Origin: a virus
Lineage: Duplodnaviria; Caudoviricetes
IMG/VR virus record: IMGVR_UViG_3300028832_000112
Coordinates: 1 to 64,000 of that record
Direction: 5' to 3' (one strand)
DNA length: 64,000 bases
The notes under the pieces are model-generated. The model made no database searches. It saw only the letters and a list, made by a program, of their open reading frames with translations, and was not told the DNA's origin. The translations under genes and the position numbers were made by a program. This document shows positions 59,783 through 64,000 of this stretch, piece after piece; positions within the stretch are counted from its first letter, which is position 1, and every line of letters starts with the position of its first letter.

Positions 59783-59788
59783 GAAGGC

Positions 59789-59936
59789 AAACTTTTCATA
59801 AACACAGCCGTCATTCAAGATACGAATGATAATAAACTTTATTATAGAATAAGTTAGTGGTATTTCTTGTTCTGATAAAAGAGTTTTTCGGTGCTCCGGT
59901 GACGTTAAATACCACAATAGGCGTTACCGGAGCACT
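59789..59936 (+). ncRNA. Putative structured RNA (kissing-loop double hairpin) upstream of tnpB
   Basis: Stem 59834-59886 with loop GTGGTATTT (59857-59865); stem 59890-59936 with loop AAATACCAC (59907-59915); the loops are exact reverse complements. Confidence 0.55.
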
Positions 59937-61067
59937 TCTTGTTTGTATGATAACGACCGCCCAGAAGATAATGTTGATAGTCGATAGCAAAACGGCAAGC
60001 GCGTTGAATCGCGCATGCGGCTGTGCTCGCTATGCATACAACTGGGCTAGGGATGCATGGTTTGCCAAGAAGGCCGCTGGGCAAAAAGTTGTGACGTGTG
60101 CAGAACTCCGCAAGGAGTTTAACGCACAGAAGTCTGACTGGATGTACGAGAGTCCAAAGGGCTCTATGGATCAAGCTATCAAGAACTTCGTTCTTGCCAA
60201 GAAACGGCATTACGAGAATCCAGAATTGTTCGGGTTTCCCAAGCGAAAGAAATACAAGTCAAACCGCTCATTCTACATAGAGAACGATAAAGCGAAGTTA
60301 ATGGATGAATACCACATCAAGCTTCCCAAAATACCGAATCCAGTTAGACTGGCAGAGTCAGTACGACCAGAATGCCTATCCGGTAAGATAAACAACTTCG
60401 TCGTATCTAAGGGAAGCAACGACCGTTGGTACATCTCGATATCCTATACTTACGATGACACAAATAGTTTGTACGGAACTGGTGAGAATGGCCTTGTTGG
60501 CATAGACATTGGCGTTAAGACGCTGATGCAACTATCTACCAGCGAATGCGTCTCCAACGAGCATATCAACAAACGGCATTATAAGCGACTTAAACGATAT
60601 CAAAGGATGATGTCCCGCCGTACATACAATTCAGTCCACTACAAGGACATCAAGAAGACTTTTAATAAGAAGAATACTTATATAAAGAACTACCGTAAGG
60701 ACTTGATACATAAGGCTACTACAGAGATAGTCAAGCATAATATGGTCGTGGCCATAGAAGACTTGAATGTAAAGGGTATGATGTCCAACCACAAGTTGGC
60801 GTCTGCAATTTCGGACTGCGGATTCGGCATGATCCGTAGGTTCCTAGAGTATAAAAGTGCCAAGTACGGAACGCTGCTCTTAAAAGTCGGGAGGTTCTTT
60901 CCGTCTTCAAAGAAATGTTCCGGATGCGGACATGTGAAAGAAAACCTTTCATTGTCCGAACGAGAGTTTATTTGCGAGGAATGCGGACTGGCTATCGACC
61001 GCGATACCAACGCCGCAATCAACATACTCGCCGAAGCCTTGTTCAATGAACTAAATAAGAGATTCAA

Positions 61068-61161
61068 TACCGACATTGCCCGTCGGAAATTCACGCCAGC
61101 GGACTTGGTAGCTCTGGCCTCTTCCCTTTCGGGAACTGGTGAACCTACCGAGGTCGATGCT
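61068..61161 (+). ncRNA. Putative omegaRNA (reRNA) scaffold overlapping the tnpB 3' end
   Basis: TACCGAC-N7-GTCGGAAATTCACGCCAGCGGAC start typical of TnpB right ends; stem GACTTGGTAG (61102) / CTACCGAGGTC (61145) enclosing ttccc-tttc-gggaa. Confidence 0.7.
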
Positions 61162-61231
61162 CATCGTCTACTTACCAGAGATGGTAGGACGGCTATGGTG
61201 GACGATTTCTTTAATCGTCTATGGAACCAAG

Positions 61232-61260
61232 TTGCCAACGCAACCATAAATTGCTATATT
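61232..61260 (+). promoter_or_regulatory. Sigma70-type early promoter
   Basis: TTGCCA-N17-TATATT. Confidence 0.75.
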
Positions 61261-61316
61261 TAAGACCTAGACAATACAGTCTATATCTTTATATACTTTT
61301 TAGGAGGCAGCCTATC

Positions 61317-61514
61317 ATGGGTGTTATTGAAATCTGGACTCTCGTATCCATCATCCTTCACTTCGCTGGCGTGGAAAACTTCAAGGACTGGCCAGTCATC
61401 GCATGGCCGACCACTTGGTCTTGCATGTGCCTTGAACTCTGGATGCTCATCGTCTACGCTGTAATCATCGTCGGCGTTGTCATTACGGCAATCTTCGCCG
61501 CGAGAAAGCGATAA
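61317..61514 (+). CDS. Small membrane protein
   Basis: AGGAGG RBS; two hydrophobic segments. Confidence 0.7.
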   Translation: MGVIEIWTLVSIILHFAGVENFKDWPVIAWPTTWSCMCLELWMLIVYAVIIVGVVITAIFAARKR

Positions 61515-61789
61515 TGGCTGATTACTTTAAGACATTTACTCCAGTTATCGACGGCAACTATACTGCGATTGTCGACGATAACGGAGTAGAAGTATTCCGC
61601 TATAATCATGTACAGGTGGCGATGATGCTTACCCCAGAGGAAATACAGCATGCCACAACACTTTGCCTCCAAGATCGCATACGCGGCGGCTGGAGAGGCG
61701 ATATCCTTCATCCGGAGCCTTACAATGTCACAGAAGCTAACGATGACGCTGTTCCGCGAATTCTTCCAGAACAAGGTCAAGAACATTGA
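61514..61789 (+). CDS. Hypothetical protein
   Basis: TAATG coupling with the upstream gene. Confidence 0.55.
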   Translation: MADYFKTFTPVIDGNYTAIVDDNGVEVFRYNHVQVAMMLTPEEIQHATTLCLQDRIRGGWRGDILHPEPYNVTEANDDAVPRILPEQGQEH

Positions 61790-62105
61790 GTGGCCGTCGT
61801 TCAACATGATGAAGTCCTCTGGACGAATCGTGGTGGACATCGCCGAGCCGCTTTCCTATGGTGCGACGGACGAGCCGTACCACGGAATGTTCACGATCAG
61901 CTATGACACGAAAACCAAGTATGCCAAAGTCGTAGGGGAAATGTCCGACCTTCCGGACAGTCCCAAGAACCTCGACACGGTTGAAGACCTCGACAACTTC
62001 TATACCGAGTTCTACAACAAGCTGAAGTCTCGCGTCGTAAGCGTCAACTGCCACCTCGAAATGGACACCTACTGCATGCACGGCGTCGAAAAGGACTACA
62101 CATGA
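61743..62105 (+). CDS. Hypothetical protein
   Basis: Codon usage becomes phage-typical from ATG 61743; the start is uncertain (61650 and 61725 possible). Confidence 0.55.
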   Translation: MTLFREFFQNKVKNIEWPSFNMMKSSGRIVVDIAEPLSYGATDEPYHGMFTISYDTKTKYAKVVGEMSDLPDSPKNLDTVEDLDNFYTEFYNKLKSRVVSVNCHLEMDTYCMHGVEKDYT

Positions 62106-62869
62106 TCATCCGATTCTACTCTCCGATGACGGTGAAGTGCGAAACTCCGCGCTACGTCATCCCTGGCGAACTGGTGTCCGTTCTGGACTCGCTTCCGGTC
62201 AAGTGCCAGAAGCATTTCGACGACATCGCCGAGTTTTTCGGCGAGCACTATCTCATGGAAACCCACGAGAAGAACTACGCAGTACATTCGGTAGTTCCGA
62301 TGCCTTGCATCCACAACGCGCTTCCGTACATCTGCTGGCTCGTCGCCGTCGAAGTCAAGTTCAATCCAGACTACAAGCCGTTCGACGTGCAGCAGTGCAT
62401 ATTGGAACTCCGAAAGGCCATCGACGGTCAGATCTCTGACGGCTGGGGAGAAGGCTTGGAACAGGAGCACATCAATCTTCAAGGCGACGTGTATTCCGTA
62501 CGCTGCAGCGCCGTCGACAGAGTCGCTTGGCCGGGAATCTGGTGTGACGGAACTACCTTGTTGCCGTGTACCGATACGCTGTATGGAAAGGCTGGCGTCC
62601 GTCCTACGATGATGCGCCACGGCTGGCTCGATCCGGAAGCGTTCGACTATCTCTGTGCCGACATTCTCCGCTGGGTTCAGTCTACGGATGCAGTACGCAA
62701 GTGCGTCAAGACCGTGGACTCGCTGATCGAGAACTACAAGGTCGACGCACCTTACATCCAGTCCACGATCGACTGGCTCCGCAAGCGGACTAATGACACT
62801 GATCGTATCAAACAATATACAAAGGTGTACGACAAGATGGAAAGGGTACGCCATGAAGGAATAAAGTAA
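62102..62869 (+). CDS. Hypothetical protein
   Basis: AAGGA RBS; I.GQISDGWGEGLEQ motif. Confidence 0.7.
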   Translation: MIIRFYSPMTVKCETPRYVIPGELVSVLDSLPVKCQKHFDDIAEFFGEHYLMETHEKNYAVHSVVPMPCIHNALPYICWLVAVEVKFNPDYKPFDVQQCILELRKAIDGQISDGWGEGLEQEHINLQGDVYSVRCSAVDRVAWPGIWCDGTTLLPCTDTLYGKAGVRPTMMRHGWLDPEAFDYLCADILRWVQSTDAVRKCVKTVDSLIENYKVDAPYIQSTIDWLRKRTNDTDRIKQYTKVYDKMERVRHEGIK

Positions 62870-62976
62870 TGTCAAAGAAAAAGATGATTTTGTGCGCCGC
62901 TGGCGTTGTCATCGGTGTCCTCGGTATCGGTTTGGCGAACGCCACCATGTACTGGATCACTGCCACTAAGGAGTAA
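62869..62976 (+). CDS. 35-aa membrane peptide (not in the ORF track)
   Basis: MSKKKMILCAAGVVIGVLGIGLANATMYWITATKE; TAATG coupling; AAGGA RBS. Confidence 0.55.
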   Translation: MSKKKMILCAAGVVIGVLGIGLANATMYWITATKE

Positions 62977-62978
62977 AC

Positions 62979-63416
62979 ATGTCTCGTAAACACATCTTCA
63001 CATACGTTATCGGAATCATTGTCGGTTTCCTCGTATTCTGCGCTGTCGATACGGCAATTCACTACAATTCGACGCTTGACGTAAACGTCCAGTGCTTCCA
63101 GCTCAAGGTTGACGAAGGCGCGAAGCCGAAGGCTGTCGTGTACGAGCCATCCAACGGCATCGCTGAAGTCTGGAAGGGCGTCTGCGAAACTGACGTGCTT
63201 CCCAAGGCAAGCAAGGAGAAGTGGACTAACTTGCATCCGCTAGAAACCCTCGTTGCTGGATTGCTGGCGGTCGCAGCGCTTTTCGTGGGCCTCATGGTTA
63301 TTTTGTTCTATTTAATCATTGGGGTTCTTGTTAGTTTGTACAGATGGGCGTTCAATCCGCTATATGACGACCAGTCTATTATCAGCGTCTACATCGACTT
63401 CGTCAAACACCCGTAG
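62979..63416 (+). CDS. Membrane protein
   Basis: AAGGAG RBS; N- and C-terminal TM helices. Confidence 0.65.
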   Translation: MSRKHIFTYVIGIIVGFLVFCAVDTAIHYNSTLDVNVQCFQLKVDEGAKPKAVVYEPSNGIAEVWKGVCETDVLPKASKEKWTNLHPLETLVAGLLAVAALFVGLMVILFYLIIGVLVSLYRWAFNPLYDDQSIISVYIDFVKHP

Positions 63417-63424
63417 GAGACAAA

Positions 63425-64000
63425 ATGGCCTATAAGATTTTGCAACTTTCTGATATCCACCTCGGTTCCGACTACGAAGGAAACTTGGACACCAAGAAGC
63501 AGTGGAAGGCTGTCCTCAAGGACGCCAAGATCACTGGCGGATATGATGCCGTCATCATCACTGGCGACTTGCTTGACGACAAGGTAAATGTCGATCCGGC
63601 TAACAACGCCAAAAGCGGCAAGGAACTTACTGACGAAGGTAAGCTCGGCAAGTACAAGGACATTCTCTACGATGCCAAGAGTTTGTGCGGATCTAGCGGC
63701 AAGCTGCTCGTGACACCGGGCAACCACGACAACCGCAAGCTTCTTGCGAAGGCCGCCGTCAGCATGGGCGTTGACAACGCTCGCGAGGATATGTTCGATA
63801 AACCGGGCGAGCACATCCAGTTTGCTCATATAGGTTCAAGAACCATCGTCTTGATTGACTCTGGCAACGGAGAACCGTACAAGGCCCTCGCCGAACTCGC
63901 ATATATGGCAAACCGCAACAAAGATTGGAAGCGTGACATGACGATGATCTTTACGCACAAGCCGTTCCAGTCTCCGAACTTGTACCACCGATTCATGAAG
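63425..64000 (+). CDS. CpdA/Icc-like metallophosphoesterase, 3'-truncated by the window edge
   Basis: AGGAG RBS; MAYKILQLSDIHLG, IITGDL, TPGNHD, LIDS, IFTHKP; frame open to the window end. Confidence 0.85.
   Translation, partial: MAYKILQLSDIHLGSDYEGNLDTKKQWKAVLKDAKITGGYDAVIITGDLLDDKVNVDPANNAKSGKELTDEGKLGKYKDILYDAKSLCGSSGKLLVTPGNHDNRKLLAKAAVSMGVDNAREDMFDKPGEHIQFAHIGSRTIVLIDSGNGEPYKALAELAYMANRNKDWKRDMTMIFTHKPFQSPNLYHRFMK

Larger units (their letters stand above)
59947..61263 (+). mobile_element. tnpB: RNA-guided endonuclease TnpB (IS200/IS605/IS607 family), solo with no tnpA
   Basis: GCARYAYNW HTH, GFPKRK, RuvC-I VGIDIG, RuvC-II AIEDLNVKGM, PSSKKCSGCG...CEECG zinc ribbon, RuvC-III DRDTNAAINI; all catalytic D/E/D present. 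Confidence 0.93.

Noticed and set aside
59831-59838. AATAAACT as a late promoter for tnpB
   Set aside because: It forms part of the first hairpin stem and is more than 100 nt from the ATG, unlike the other copies; not counted.
59789-61225. Group I intron (IStron), lysine riboswitch, tmRNA or RNase P identity for the structured RNA
   Set aside because: No P7-type GACUA/UAGUC core, no interrupted gene, no lysine-riboswitch AGAGG/GCCGAA core, no tRNA-like ends and no GAGGAAAGUCC. It is left as an unknown RNA.
61514-62105. Programmed frameshift or long overlap between 61514-61789 and 61650-62105
   Set aside because: No slippery site is seen, and codon usage suggests the second gene starts near 61743, giving an ordinary short overlap.

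Overview
This window is a 64 kb slice of a large T4-like or jumbo dsDNA phage genome. It uses the standard genetic code, and I saw no tRNA, rRNA or CRISPR array. Positions 1-20.1 kb hold a late module of large, repeat-built tail-fibre/virion proteins, a holin-like gene, Pro/Cys-rich small proteins and a radical SAM enzyme. Positions 20-64 kb hold early/middle accessory and DNA-metabolism genes: IF3, Dda helicase, PhoH, ThyX, NAD ligase, RlaP-like nucleotidyltransferase, RNA ligase, Gmk, ClpP, NUDIX, dUTPase, patatin, PARG-like macrodomain, glycosyltransferases and metallophosphoesterases. Interspersed among these are small late-type cassettes. Two promoter classes can be read directly from the DNA: a sigma70-type TTG(A/C)CA-N17-TATATT and a -35-less NATAAACT motif that often sits just after a terminator. 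The most unusual locus is a solo, catalytically intact TnpB (59947-61263). It appears embedded in a larger structured RNA, with two long hairpins whose loops are 9-nt complementary upstream, long-range pairing to the 3' flank, and an omegaRNA whose usual 3' end looks replaced. Other notable items are an IF3 with a duplicated N-terminal domain, a catalytically dead terminase ATPase paralogue, a shared putative capsid-targeting helix in late proteins, and an unannotated RiPP-precursor-like peptide. All protein calls come from motif recognition by eye; no database searches were run.
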